Source: Thermofilaceae archaeon (GTDB lineage: Archaea; Thermoproteota; Thermoprotei; Thermofilales; Thermofilaceae). From it: 64,000 nucleotides of DNA. The translations under genes and the position numbers were made by a program. Under the pieces are notes generated by a model. It made no database searches and had not been told where the DNA came from. It was given only the letters and a program-made list of their open reading frames with translations. Of this stretch, positions 20,588 to 31,291 are shown in pieces. Within the stretch, counting starts at the first letter, position 1, and every line of letters starts with the position of its first letter. Location: positions 189,444 to 253,443 of the forward strand of contig JAWCCZ010000003.1 in assembly GCA_038861545.1 (NCBI GenBank). The letters are read 5' to 3'.

Positions 20588-21496
20588 GTGAAGCTACTAC
20601 TCACGGGAGCGAGCAGCCTTCCTGGCTTCCGCACCGTTGAGGAAGCACTAGAAAGGAGGTTCGAGGTTGTTGCAGTTCACCACACAAACCCTGTACCGCT
20701 AGAGCATGAGCAGCTAAGGAAGATGCGAATCGATCTAACCGACTTCTCCGCTATGCGTGAGCTAGTCTTGAGGGAAAAGCCCAACACTGTAGTGCACATG
20801 GCGGCTTTAGGCGATGTTGACCTCTGCGAGAGGAATCGCGCCCTAGCTTGGAAGGTGAACGTTGAGGCGACAAGCGAGCTGGCAAGGGTGGCTGAGCGTA
20901 TTGGAGCTTATCTCCTTTACCTCTCGACTGATTACGTCTTTGATGGGGGAAGGGGGATGTACGCTGAGAGTGATCCGCCTAACCCGGTTAACTACTACGG
21001 TTTAACAAAGATGGCGGGTGAGGTTGCTGTAAAGACAGCTTGCAGCGAGTGGTGCATAGTTAGGACGAGCAGCATCTACGGGCTGGGCCCCGGTAGAGCC
21101 AATTTCGCTAAATTCCTAGCTGAGAGGCTGAGCAGGAGTGAGCCTGTTAAAGCGCTAATCGATCAATATACTTCTCCTGCTCATGCCCGCTTACTGGCCT
21201 GCTCCGTGTTAGAGCTTCTGGAGAAGCGGGCTACCGGTATTTACCACGTAGTGGGGGAAAGGATGAGCAGGTACGAGTTTGCATTGAGGGTAGCCGAGGC
21301 GCTCGGTTTTGATAGGAACCTAGTCGGGACTGCTGGGATGGAGGAATTTAAGTGGCTCGCGAGGAGGCCGAAAGACTCCAGTCTCTCCTTCGAGAATACG
21401 AAGAGGGTTCTCTCGACACGCTTCTACGATACTCAGCTCGCAATGCAAACCTTGAGGAAGGAGTGGGAGGGGATGCATCAATGCGCGTCGTCGTGA
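20588..21496 (+). CDS. rmlD: dTDP-4-dehydrorhamnose reductase
   Basis: GTG start at 20588; TGAS, HMAA..DVD.CE, LSTDYVFDG, P.NYYGLTK..GE, DQY.SP, A.RP..SSL. Confidence 0.92.
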   Translation: MKLLLTGASSLPGFRTVEEALERRFEVVAVHHTNPVPLEHEQLRKMRIDLTDFSAMRELVLREKPNTVVHMAALGDVDLCERNRALAWKVNVEATSELARVAERIGAYLLYLSTDYVFDGGRGMYAESDPPNPVNYYGLTKMAGEVAVKTACSEWCIVRTSSIYGLGPGRANFAKFLAERLSRSEPVKALIDQYTSPAHARLLACSVLELLEKRATGIYHVVGERMSRYEFALRVAEALGFDRNLVGTAGMEEFKWLARRPKDSSLSFENTKRVLSTRFYDTQLAMQTLRKEWEGMHQCASS

Positions 21497-22416
21497 CCGG
21501 TGGCTCGGGTTATATAGGCTCTCTTCTCATTCGAAGGCTCCCCTTCTCAAGTGGCTTTGAGGGTTGTACGGTGAGGATCTTCGACAGCATGGCGGGCGAC
21601 AAGTATTACTCGCTCTTCGACTTACCTGACGCTAGGTACGAGTTCCTGCTGGGCGACATTGGAAGGGAAGAGGATCTGAGAAGGGCCTTGAGTAACGCGG
21701 ATATAGTCTTCGATCTGGCCGGGATCACGAGCGTTCCCCTCTCGTACAGGTTAGAGGAGCGGACAATGAAGGTAAACGTAGAGGGGGCGAAGAGGCTGGC
21801 TGAAGTCGCTGCAGATACAGGGGTGGAGCGCATTATCTATGCATCCTCTGCTGCTGTTTATGGGAATGTGAATGGAATTGTGGCCGAGGATCACCCTTGT
21901 AATCCGGAGAGTCCCTATGCCAAGTCGAAATTTCTGGCTGAACAGGTTTACCTGCAAGTGTGGAAGGAAAGTGGGTTAAAGGTTTCAATACTACGGTTGG
22001 GGACTGTTTACGGCTATGCTCCTGGGATGCGATTTGACACTGTTGTGAACCGTTTCGCTTTCCTCGCCGCCATCGGTGAACCGTTCACCGTCTGGAGAGG
22101 TGCTGAGGAGGCCCTGAGACCTTACCTCTACGTTGGCGACGCTATCGAAGCATTCTTACTCGTTGCCGTAAACCCGGCAACAGTTGGCAGAGTGTTTAAC
22201 GTTACGACCGAGAATGCTAGTCTCTTACAGGTCATCGGTGCTATCAGGAAATGTATACCAGACGTGAAAGTGAAGGTGGTGGAACCACCTTATAAGCAGC
22301 AGACATCGTACGGCCTCAACGATAGCATGATCCGCGCGCTGGGCTACCAGCCGAAAGGGTCCCTTGAGAAGGGCGTGAAGGAGGTGGTAGAGCGCTTCAA
22401 AGCTTTCCTAAGATAA
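21481..22416 (+). CDS. Extended SDR, NAD-dependent nucleotide-sugar epimerase/dehydratase (not canonical RmlB)
   Basis: TGGSGYIG, ASSAAVYG, YAKSK, RLGTVYG, MRFDTVVN; lacks RmlB HVDRS and STDEVYG. Confidence 0.85.
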   Translation: MRVVVTGGSGYIGSLLIRRLPFSSGFEGCTVRIFDSMAGDKYYSLFDLPDARYEFLLGDIGREEDLRRALSNADIVFDLAGITSVPLSYRLEERTMKVNVEGAKRLAEVAADTGVERIIYASSAAVYGNVNGIVAEDHPCNPESPYAKSKFLAEQVYLQVWKESGLKVSILRLGTVYGYAPGMRFDTVVNRFAFLAAIGEPFTVWRGAEEALRPYLYVGDAIEAFLLVAVNPATVGRVFNVTTENASLLQVIGAIRKCIPDVKVKVVEPPYKQQTSYGLNDSMIRALGYQPKGSLEKGVKEVVERFKAFLR

Positions 22417-22657
22417 ATTTTCTATTTAATTTTCCTAGTTTTATGGGAGTTTATTGCTTTCCTCTTTTCCCCAACTCATCATATACAGTTTTTAAGCTGA
22501 GGTATCGCAAAACTCGACAAGTATAAACGAGACCTATCGATTGGTTAACTAGCTATGGAATGCGGTGCGATAGAGGTTCTTGCTGCTAGCGGGCTGTATT
22601 AATACGAGTGTCCGGATGTCAATGTTTAAATATCTTAATTCCTAGCTTTAGGAGCGC

Positions 22658-22960
22658 TTGGGCTTGAAGAAGAAGTTTCCAAAGCTTTTGAGGGGTAAGG
22701 AGGAATCCCGGTATACGATAGCTGGTTTACTCGGCTTTGAGGGGACTCTGAAGAAAACGAATCGGCGGGAGAGACAGATCGCTGGGGTCTGCAAGGAAGT
22801 GTTCGAGGTTTTCGAAAGGCTTGATGAAGCTCTAGCTAGATTAGCAGAGGCAGTAGCTAGGTATGAGGAAACCCTTCGGAGGCTCAAAAGATACTTCGCT
22901 ATGTACGAGGGAGTAGCCTTCACAGATTCTTTCGATTCCGTAGCCAGGAGAGATTCAAGC
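22658..22960 (+). pseudogene. Second remnant of the coiled-coil/PD-(D/E)XK family N-terminus (end approximate)
   Basis: MGLKKKFPKLLRGKEESRYTIAGLLG aligns with MSLKEEFLRLLKENEEFRLAVA at 808; coiled coil follows; no nuclease motif. Confidence 0.55.
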
Positions 22961-23125
22961 TACTGTGGTTTCAGCACAGTCGACGTTCTAGCATGGTCTA
23001 AATGTAGCCGGGGCTCAACTTTTTTGCTTAAACTGGTTGGAAAGAGGCCAAGGAAATCTAGGAGGACCAAAAATGAGGGTTATAAGAGCATAGGAAATCT
23101 AAGGTTAGAGCAAATAAATAAAATA

Positions 23126-24758
23126 ATGTTACTCTTCTCTATTCCTATAGCAATTATAGTAGTACCACCAACTTTCACGCAGCCCGAACTCGTTATTACT
23201 CTAGACCGTGGCATATACGAGTTAGGCAACACAGTCACCGCGACCATAATTGGGCCGCCTAATGCTGAGCTTCAACTAGAGCTCAGAGGTCCAGGAGGTG
23301 TATTAGTCGCTTTCAGGCCGGTAACGCTCAACTCTGAAGGCAGAGCTGTTTTAACGTTCACTCTAGGTCTCAAGTGGCTCACTGGCACATACATGATCCA
23401 TGTGTTCGATACAAGAGCCATGGCCAGCGCTACTTTCGAGGTTGTCGAAAGAGTGGCTCCCTTAATTCTCTTAGCACCACCAGGTCAAGTAAAGGCTGGG
23501 AGGTCGACAGAGGTCCTATGCTTCATCTATCCTGGATTGGAGACTGAGGTTTCCGTGTATATTAGACCATTGGGAGATAAATGGAGGCTGCTGGGCTTGT
23601 ACACGTCAAACGAGACTGGCTGGCTTGTCGTGTCTCTCCCTCAGCTAAATGAGGGTGTCTACGAGATTAGAGTTATGACTCATGAGACTTCCGAGTGCGA
23701 TTCAGCATCAGCAACTACGCAGTTCAGCGTAACTGGCATTCAATCCCAGTGGAGGGTTGAAGCTCCACCAGTGGAGCAGCTTGGAGAAGCAATCTTCTTA
23801 GTATGCCAGGGCTGCGACGCTGTTGTAGCTAGGACTGCGATTGGCGATAGGCTATACCCGTGCGGCGCGCGGGTGATATTGGACGTGCCTGGACCTTGGT
23901 TTCTCTACCCGGCGAGCGGAGGAGCATTGGGTACACCAACGATCATGCTAGTAAAGGCCAGACTGAACGTGACGTTAATGGGACCGAGTGAAGTCAGCAT
24001 CAATGAAAGCTTTCCGCTTTGGGCAGTACTTGACCCTCCAGCGCCAGCCGTTAAGATAAATTTTGTGGACTCCCGTGGCACAGTGATAGCAGAAACGCGA
24101 TCTCGGAAGGACGGAATAGCGCTAGCAGTTCTCCGGTTCAACAGTCTCGGCGAAGAGAAGGTTAGAGCCATTCCAGAGCCTACTAGCATCTTTGAAGTGG
24201 ACGAGTCGAAACCGCTAAGCATCAGAGTTCTACGCGAGTGGGTTAGTGTACGCCTTAAGGTACTCGACGCGAAGGAGAGACTATTGCCTGGCTCTGTCGT
24301 GGAGGTAGCAGATGCTAGTTATAAAGCCTGGAACGGCACGGCTTTAGTAAGAGCGAGGGCAGGTTTCTACGACGTGAGGGTTTTCTGGCGTGGAGTAGTA
24401 GTGTTCAGCAATAGGCTGATGCTGGGGGAAGGTGATCTAGTAATCAATACGCAAGTGTATGACCTTGAGGTGAGCGTAAATAGCTTCCTTGGAATCCCGG
24501 TCGCCGGCGAGCTAGTAGAGTTATTCAACGGTACTCAGCGAGTAGCAGCTGGTGTTACCGATAAAGGTGGACGGTTAACTCTATATAGGGTGCCCGCTGG
24601 AGCATTTCACAGTGCTGCCTTCCTCAATAGCTCCGCTAACGGTCTCCGTTGCTGTTACAGCGCTCACTGCTCTTTGTGCCCGTCGTTACATTCGGGTAAA
24701 GGTGCTGAAGCTGGAGGGCGGAGTAGATCGAGACTCTGTTAATCCTCTACCACCCTGA
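23126..24758 (+). pseudogene. Multi-Ig surface protein, module copy 2 large gene; C-terminal anchor frameshifted
   Basis: Colinear paralog of 1766-3523 (PLILLAPPG..IYPGL, SN.TGWL, ARTAIGDRLY, LD.PGPWF.YP...GALGTP); after LYRVPAG the TM-like tail SIAPLTVSVAVTALTALCARR lies in the +1 frame (24606-24758). Confidence 0.7.
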
Positions 24759-25155
24759 AACTAGAGGTTGCTATCACATCGCCCCTCCACTGAACGGCAA
24801 TCAGGTATAAGCCAGGTACCGCGTTACTCAAATTGAATGTTACTTGTGCGCACTCCTCTTCCAGAGTGATTGCAGAGATGGAGAGGGTTTCTCCGCTCAG
24901 GGCGATAATCTCAACCTTGACTTTTTTAAGTACCAACCACTCGTTCCTGCATACATTCAAGATCGCGATGCTACCTATCGCGTACTCCTCAGTATCAGGC
25001 TTCACTGTGATAAGAGGGGCACGTAATAGTTTCCCTAGGCTAATCACTACACTGTCGAGGCTGAGAACCAACCAGCACAACGAGATAACAAGGAATGTTA
25101 GAGCTAAGAGGAAGCGTCGATCTACTTCCACCTCAACTACATTTTCTTTGCCCAT
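24739..25155 (-). CDS. Small N-terminally anchored Ig-like protein (module copy 2, small gene)
   Basis: MGKENVVEVEVDRRFLLAL resembles MEEEITVEVTLTWRVLTAL; SNAVPGLYLIAV..GDVIATSSFRV resembles GNASPGEYKITV..GKLIAIKMFKV. Confidence 0.75.
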   Translation of the reverse strand: MGKENVVEVEVDRRFLLALTFLVISLCWLVLSLDSVVISLGKLLRAPLITVKPDTEEYAIGSIAILNVCRNEWLVLKKVKVEIIALSGETLSISAITLEEECAQVTFNLSNAVPGLYLIAVQWRGDVIATSSFRVVED

Positions 25156-25161
25156 TCCAGT

Positions 25162-25211
25162 TGCTTAACTTAGCATGGACATAAACGTTTATGTCCATGC
25201 TAAGTTAAGCA
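25162..25211. repeat. Perfect 50-bp palindrome (no spacer)
   Basis: TGCTTAACTTAGCATGGACATAAAC|GTTTATGTCCATGCTAAGTTAAGCA, centre 25186/25187. Confidence 0.97.
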
Positions 25212-25297
25212 CACGCAGATATTTTTTTAGACGTGATCTATCCGTATACTATGGCCTCTCCGGCACCGTATATGTCCTCGAATATTTTTAAGGGTGA

Positions 25298-27865
25298 ATG
25301 CTTATGCAGAGTATTCTAGCTGAGAAAGGCAAATCACTGGCGCTGTCTGTTGGACTCATTTGTATCGCTTTAACCGCTAGAGGTAGCCCTTACAGCGTAC
25401 CCCTGACCTTCATTGGCTTCGTGCTGTTCCCGTCTCACCTCCTAGCGAAATCCCTAGCTAAGGCAGCTAGGCTGGAGGCTACTGAAGCCAGCATAGTTTC
25501 CTCTACACTACTTCTGCTGGTTTTCTCAAGTGTGCCACTCGCATGCAAGGCTTTATCGCTACCTGAGCTAGCACCTTTTGTCGCAATGACTGTAATTGTG
25601 CTGGCTATAACTGCTCTCTGTGGTTTGAAAAGTGAGCGATCACCTGTGGACATGATGTTCTTACTCGCAGTGTGTGCAATGCTCATAGCTTTCACTGCAT
25701 ACGCTCCTATCGAAAGAACTTACAGCCCTGACGAAACTCTCTATATTCGCTCTGTCCAACTAACTGAGAGCTACGGCGTGGTGGTGGCAATTATAGGAGC
25801 GCGCAGCACTCCACAGCCCTTGCTGGTGGACGTCATTGAAAAGTACCTTTGGGGCAGGTTTCTCTGGACCAGTTTTCTCTACGCGGTGAGAATTCTTTCC
25901 GGGGTATCTCACGCGAGCTTGCATCTATCATCGCTTCTCTTCCTTTCTTTTCTCGCCTACGCTGTCAAGGGGTTGCTGAGCGACGTACTTAGGATACACC
26001 AAGCCAGCTATGTATTGCTCGCTGTACTTCTAACCATACTTCTACCAGCTTCTCTACCTTGGAGTGTAACTGCGTTTCTCGATCTTGCCCAGGCCTACTT
26101 TTTCCTGTCTTCCGCCGTCTTTCTCCTCAACTCAATCAACCTAAGCAATGGAGTACTGGACTTTGATCTAACTAAGGCTTTCATCTCCACGGTGATTCTG
26201 TTGCTGAGCGCAACCCTCAAACCCAACTTGGTGTTCAACGCTTTTCTTATCTTGCTCACTGCAGTGGTGCTCATTTGGAGCTCAAAAAAGTATAAGCTCA
26301 CCCACAATGCAAGAATAGCTCTCCATCTCTCGAAGATCACTATCCTGATCACTTTGGCATACATGGCGATAGATTTTATGTACTCCTACAGCGCCTTAGC
26401 CTTAGCTGACTATAACCTGGCAAGCTTCTTCAGAGGCCTCCTGATTCTACCATTCTCCACAACGGCATACCTCCTGAAACCTCTCCTGCAGTACCTTGGG
26501 AGTCCTAAGCCTTCCTTTACCCCCGATTCCCTAAAGAACTGGATTTATGACTTAACGTGCGTGCTGACACCTGAAGCTGTGGGCCTGCCAGCTAGCGCTC
26601 TACTGCCCACAGCATTCTTGCCGCTCTTACCTTGGCTCAAGGGTATGGATGAACTTCAGAGAATGAAAATCAAGGTCTTGGCAGTGGCTGTTTCTCTTTC
26701 CTTCTGGACATACTTCTTTTTACTCAGAACCTCTAGGCTTCTAATGGAAGTGAATAGGTATGGCATCTCTCTTTACGTGATTGCGGCGGCTCTCTCCTTT
26801 TATATGGTTCATCGGTTGGACGAGATGGGATGGAGGCACGAGCTGACGATGACATTCCTTTTGCTTTCCGCGTGTCCGCTCTTCCTAAAGAGTTGGTCTA
26901 TAGTGGAGTACGGGGCGACTGAGCCTTATTACGGCATCCCCAGGCATAAGGCTTCTGTGGTAATCCTATTTTTAGAGTACCTTGCGCTGCTGGCAGCGAT
27001 GCTTCCTGCCTCCCTCATGCAGAGACATTTACGAGTAAGGCTAAGGGTTGACGCAGAGAGAGCTACCCTAGTCGAGGAATTTTCGGCACATATTGTAGTA
27101 CTGACTCTCTTTCCCTTCATCATCATGTACAATTCCTTAATAGTTGAAGAGTCGTGGCTTCTCTTCTATGGGAGCCCGCTTGCGGAGATTACCTCGATTA
27201 TTGAGAGCATCTTGGACGGCAGAACAACAATAATAGTGTCAAATTTCCACCTATGGCTGCAGATACGCCTCGGTGATAGGTTCACTCTCGTAGCTGCGCC
27301 TCAGAGCGAACAGGAGCTAAAGGCATTTATTAGCGCCATACCATCAGGCTCCCTTATCGCGCTGACCGACGATCCCTATTTCATACGGTTTGGAACTGAG
27401 TATATGAAAGAGTACACCTATAACCCCTCTTTTCACTTAGAGAAGCTCACTGCACTCGACTGGCTTGGGTCGCACTACATCTTGTTCAGAAAGGTCAACG
27501 GAAGCTCAACCCTCGGCGGACACATCGAAGTCTTGGAGGCGGGGCTTGGGGCAAATGGAACTTGCGTGATCCGTGTGAATAGCAGCGAGCCGGGCCAAGT
27601 AATACTTAGCTCTTGGTTCATCTCTTTTCTCGTAAATATAACCCCTGCAAAGGAAATAGTGATCACTAGGAATCATCCTATAACTCATGCCGTCCTAGCA
27701 CCCTATATCTGCCGGCTCTCTGAGATAGTAAGTCTTAAAAGCTCCGAGCCTTTTGGGAGGAGCCTACTCGATACTCGACATGCTTTAATCTTTCTCATTA
27801 GTCTACTTGCTATCGTAGCTATCTCCCTGGCGTGTAGGAGATTAATAGAAGTTCAGATGAGTTGA
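25298..27865 (+). CDS. Polytopic membrane protein, GT-C (ArnT/PMT-like) candidate
   Basis: YSPDETLY (xDExxY first-loop motif), many TM segments, TLKPN, extracellular domain and final TM. Confidence 0.7.
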   Translation: MLMQSILAEKGKSLALSVGLICIALTARGSPYSVPLTFIGFVLFPSHLLAKSLAKAARLEATEASIVSSTLLLLVFSSVPLACKALSLPELAPFVAMTVIVLAITALCGLKSERSPVDMMFLLAVCAMLIAFTAYAPIERTYSPDETLYIRSVQLTESYGVVVAIIGARSTPQPLLVDVIEKYLWGRFLWTSFLYAVRILSGVSHASLHLSSLLFLSFLAYAVKGLLSDVLRIHQASYVLLAVLLTILLPASLPWSVTAFLDLAQAYFFLSSAVFLLNSINLSNGVLDFDLTKAFISTVILLLSATLKPNLVFNAFLILLTAVVLIWSSKKYKLTHNARIALHLSKITILITLAYMAIDFMYSYSALALADYNLASFFRGLLILPFSTTAYLLKPLLQYLGSPKPSFTPDSLKNWIYDLTCVLTPEAVGLPASALLPTAFLPLLPWLKGMDELQRMKIKVLAVAVSLSFWTYFFLLRTSRLLMEVNRYGISLYVIAAALSFYMVHRLDEMGWRHELTMTFLLLSACPLFLKSWSIVEYGATEPYYGIPRHKASVVILFLEYLALLAAMLPASLMQRHLRVRLRVDAERATLVEEFSAHIVVLTLFPFIIMYNSLIVEESWLLFYGSPLAEITSIIESILDGRTTIIVSNFHLWLQIRLGDRFTLVAAPQSEQELKAFISAIPSGSLIALTDDPYFIRFGTEYMKEYTYNPSFHLEKLTALDWLGSHYILFRKVNGSSTLGGHIEVLEAGLGANGTCVIRVNSSEPGQVILSSWFISFLVNITPAKEIVITRNHPITHAVLAPYICRLSEIVSLKSSEPFGRSLLDTRHALIFLISLLAIVAISLACRRLIEVQMS

Positions 27866-28289
27866 GGAAAATAATTGTGAACAGCATAGCGTTCTCGCCC
27901 AGTCAAGATAAGCACGCAAGTAGCATAAGAACTTGGAACCGTTATACTAGCCTTCGAAGTTGTAGAATAACTGGAAAGGGGTGCTGCAGCTGTATCTACG
28001 GTTGCTGGCTGGCGAAAGAATTGAAGAATAAGTGGTGCAGTATATTCGATAGGCTGAGAAGCTTAAAACATAAAGGTGAATATCAATGGAGTTATGGTCT
28101 CGAGCAGCATTATCAATAACTCCTTGTCTAAATAGAAGGAGCTAGAGGCTTTTTCCTTATAAATTTCAATTAGTCTAGGATAGGTACAATTTTTTATAAA
28201 CTTGGAAAAGTTATATAGGCTTAACATTAATAGGAGATTGAATATTATAGTACAGCAGGTTTGCGATTAGAGTAGATGAAGGTGAGGCG

Positions 28290-29399
28290 ATGTTAAGAAT
28301 AGCTTTCGTACTGGCCAATCCAATGTACCCGGATGTTGTTGGTGGAGCTGAAATCTTCACTTACACGATGGCGTATACCTTCGCAAAGAAAGGAATTGAA
28401 GCTCACGTGGTAGCCTTTGGTGGAAGTAAATTTAAAAGCTTTAGAAGTGGAAATCTTCACTGGCATGCTGTAAGGATTAATCTAAAAAGGTTGAGAACAA
28501 TTATTTTTACTATAAAAATTATAAAAATTTTATTCAAAATTAAACCTGATGTATGTCTGGCTATTATGGGGCAATCTTCAATACCTTGTCTAGTATACTC
28601 CAGGCTAACTGGTAAACCAACTTTTATCAGGCTGGCCGGGGGCGAATTTGCAGCAGCTTTCAAGGATATTAGGATATACAATTTATCAAGAAGAATTTAT
28701 AATAAATTAATTATAAAAATTCTTAAAAATTACTATATAATAGCATTAAATAAAGAAGTTTTCGAAGTTTTACGTAAAATAAGTAAGCATACTTATTTGA
28801 TACCAAATCCAATAGATAATATATTTTTTCAAGCGAATCCCGATATAACTGGCTACACAGTTATTTACGTTGGGGCATTTAGAAATGACAAGAACCTCCT
28901 TCTCTTAATTGAAGCTTTCAATGAAGTTACGAAGGAAGTTCCTGAGGCCAACCTGATCTTGGTAGGAGACGGGCCTCTAAGACCTGTGGTAGAGCAGAAA
29001 ATCAAGGAGTACAATTTAGTAGATAAAGTAATCATTACAGGCTTCCTACCTTATGTTAAGATCCCGGGTTTTCTAAGAAAAGCCACCGTGTTTGTGCTCC
29101 CCTCATACGTTGAGGGGTTATCTAACGCGCTACTGCAGGCTATGGCGGCGGGCTTGCCCTGCGTGGCATCGGACATTCCAGGCAATAGGGATATAATAGT
29201 TGACGGTTACAATGGCTTTCTCTGTGCGCCTGATGATAAGAAAGCCTTTGCAATTGCAATAGCTAAAATACTTAAGGATAAAGGAATGGCTCAACAGATG
29301 AGTTGTAATGCAAGAAACAGTGTTAGAATGCTGACTATGGATAACGTTATGAAAATGTACTTAAGCATTTTCCTAGATGCGCTAAGAGGTGAAGCATAG
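28290..29399 (+). CDS. GT4 (GT-B) glycosyltransferase
   Basis: GGAE, IPNPI, VLPSYVEGLSNALLQAMAAGLPCVASDIPG. Confidence 0.92.
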   Translation: MLRIAFVLANPMYPDVVGGAEIFTYTMAYTFAKKGIEAHVVAFGGSKFKSFRSGNLHWHAVRINLKRLRTIIFTIKIIKILFKIKPDVCLAIMGQSSIPCLVYSRLTGKPTFIRLAGGEFAAAFKDIRIYNLSRRIYNKLIIKILKNYYIIALNKEVFEVLRKISKHTYLIPNPIDNIFFQANPDITGYTVIYVGAFRNDKNLLLLIEAFNEVTKEVPEANLILVGDGPLRPVVEQKIKEYNLVDKVIITGFLPYVKIPGFLRKATVFVLPSYVEGLSNALLQAMAAGLPCVASDIPGNRDIIVDGYNGFLCAPDDKKAFAIAIAKILKDKGMAQQMSCNARNSVRMLTMDNVMKMYLSIFLDALRGEA

Positions 29400-31196
29400 T
29401 GCCTGGCGTATTTGGGGCTATCTGTAATAACAGTAGGTTAGCCGAAGATTTTACTGAAATAATTGATACAACCCGAGGCAATAGAGTTATAACTTTTAAT
29501 AACGGGAAGATAGTCGTTGGTTTTCAAAATTTTTACAACGGTGGGAGCAATACCATATCTATAGAATCTAATTCCTCTCTGCTTATTTACCATGGTAGCA
29601 TTGCATTAGATAATAATTGTTTAGAGCATTTTTTTAAAAATATACTCATCAGATGGAGAAGAAGGGCTTCTAGGCTACATGGCTACATCACTGCATAGCG
29701 ATTACGCCGTCGTGATTTTTGATAAAGTAAGAGATAGCGTGTTTATTAAAACAGATCCTATCGGGATAAGGAAAATCTATTACGCCAATATTTTTAGAAA
29801 TTTCATATTTTCATCCTCCCTGAGTCAAATAACAAAGGCATTAAAGAATCTCCTAGGAATAAAACCATCCGACATTCTCGACCCTAAGAATCTGTACGCT
29901 TTGCTAGCTAACGGCTACATCGATTTCCCAAGGACTTTGATGAAGAACATTTTTACCATTTCTCCCGGTTTTTTCGTAAAGGTTAGAAAGAGTGGTAGCG
30001 TGGCAGTTACTCGCGCAGACGAGCTTGATTATAGAGCAAGTAGCCACGCCTTTTCCAATAGGTATGCTGCTGTCATCGAAGAGACCCACTCGCTTCTGAA
30101 TGAAGCAGTAAATTGGTACACGAAAAATGTTGATAGGGTTTCTTTCCTTCTTAGTGGAGGCATCGACAGCAGTTTACTGGCTTCAATGTCCACCAAGAAG
30201 GGGATAAATATAGAGGCATATACTGTACGGTATGATGCCTATTCGGAGGTGGAGAAAATAATTGGATTAAAAAACTTTATAAATTTGAGCAAACTAAATA
30301 TCATGGACTTAACCTCTGCAATAGATCATGGTTCAATTATCAATGATTTTTCAAATGCTGTTAAGTTACTAGACGAGCCAAATTTGAAAGGGGCATTCCT
30401 ACTCAGATATAATGCTTTGAATGAAATTCTAAAGAGGAAGGGGTCTAAAGTTGTCATTGTCGGTGATGGAGCTGATGAAATCTTCTGTGGGTACTGGCCC
30501 CGCTACTGGTTTTTCATGGAAATGCCGCTACTAAAGACTCCCTTGAAGTTACCTAACAAGCTACTACGATTTCTTGGGGGTCTAGCTCTAAGGGGATCTC
30601 TTCCTAATTACCTTGCTATGATGTACTTCTGTAAGCGAGGCGACCTGAAGAACATTGTAACAGCGCGGTTCTCAGTTGATTCAAGGTTTCTTTTAGCTAT
30701 TAATGATGTCTCCGCTGAGAAAAACTGCCTGAGAGATGACTTAGTAAACTATATTTCGGTTGGTCTTTTGAGGTCTCTAACTAAGACTGATGTGTTGACA
30801 CTTGAAAACATGGCAGAAAGACTCAGGGTAAATATCAGGTTTCCTTATTTGTATATTCCCCTCGTAAAATACGTCATGAACATACCATCCAAATATAAAG
30901 TTACCCGGAATAACACTAAACTTATACTGAAGGCGATAGCACTCAAATATAATTACTTGCCGGCCCGTATATTGTTCGCCCCTAAGGAAGGTTTTAACCA
31001 GAGTCCACTGAATACTATCTTGGGAGAATTATTAATCGAAGAATTTAATAACTTATTGAAAGGGATTGATGATGAGAGGTTCAAAGAGCTTTTTGTGAGA
31101 ATTTATAGAAGCTTAGATAAGAAGAGAGCAGCATCCGTTATTCAATTCACAGGGGCTCTTCTCTGGTTTCGAGAGAATTTGCTAGGTTGTGATTGA
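29399..31196 (+). pseudogene. Asparagine synthetase-like amidotransferase split by a frameshift at a T7A5 tract
   Basis: ORF1 MPGVFG... (Ntn-like N-terminus); ORF2 TDPIG.R.IYY, LSGGIDSS, GDGADEIFCGY, RFPYL, K.ILK, K.GF; losing 1 nt in 29629-29640 fuses the frames. Confidence 0.8.
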
Positions 31197-31291
31197 CCCG
31201 GAGTAGAAAGATTCATTGAGAGCGCAAGTTGAGCATAAAAGGTAACAAGTAACGTATATTTACTCACTCTTTCGCACATATGTGAGAAGCT

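Noticed and set aside
22658-24742. 694-aa ORF as one real protein
   Set aside because: The first ~156 aa are a coiled-coil remnant plus non-protein-like sequence; paralogy with 1766-3523 starts only near 23126, so the in-frame fusion looks accidental.
27862-28119. 85-aa ORF
   Set aside because: Atypical Cys/Trp-rich composition and no motif; likely spurious.
29629-29640. Programmed -1 ribosomal frameshift at TTTTTTTAAAAA
   Set aside because: The downstream ORF is in the +1 frame, so a -1 slip would not join them.
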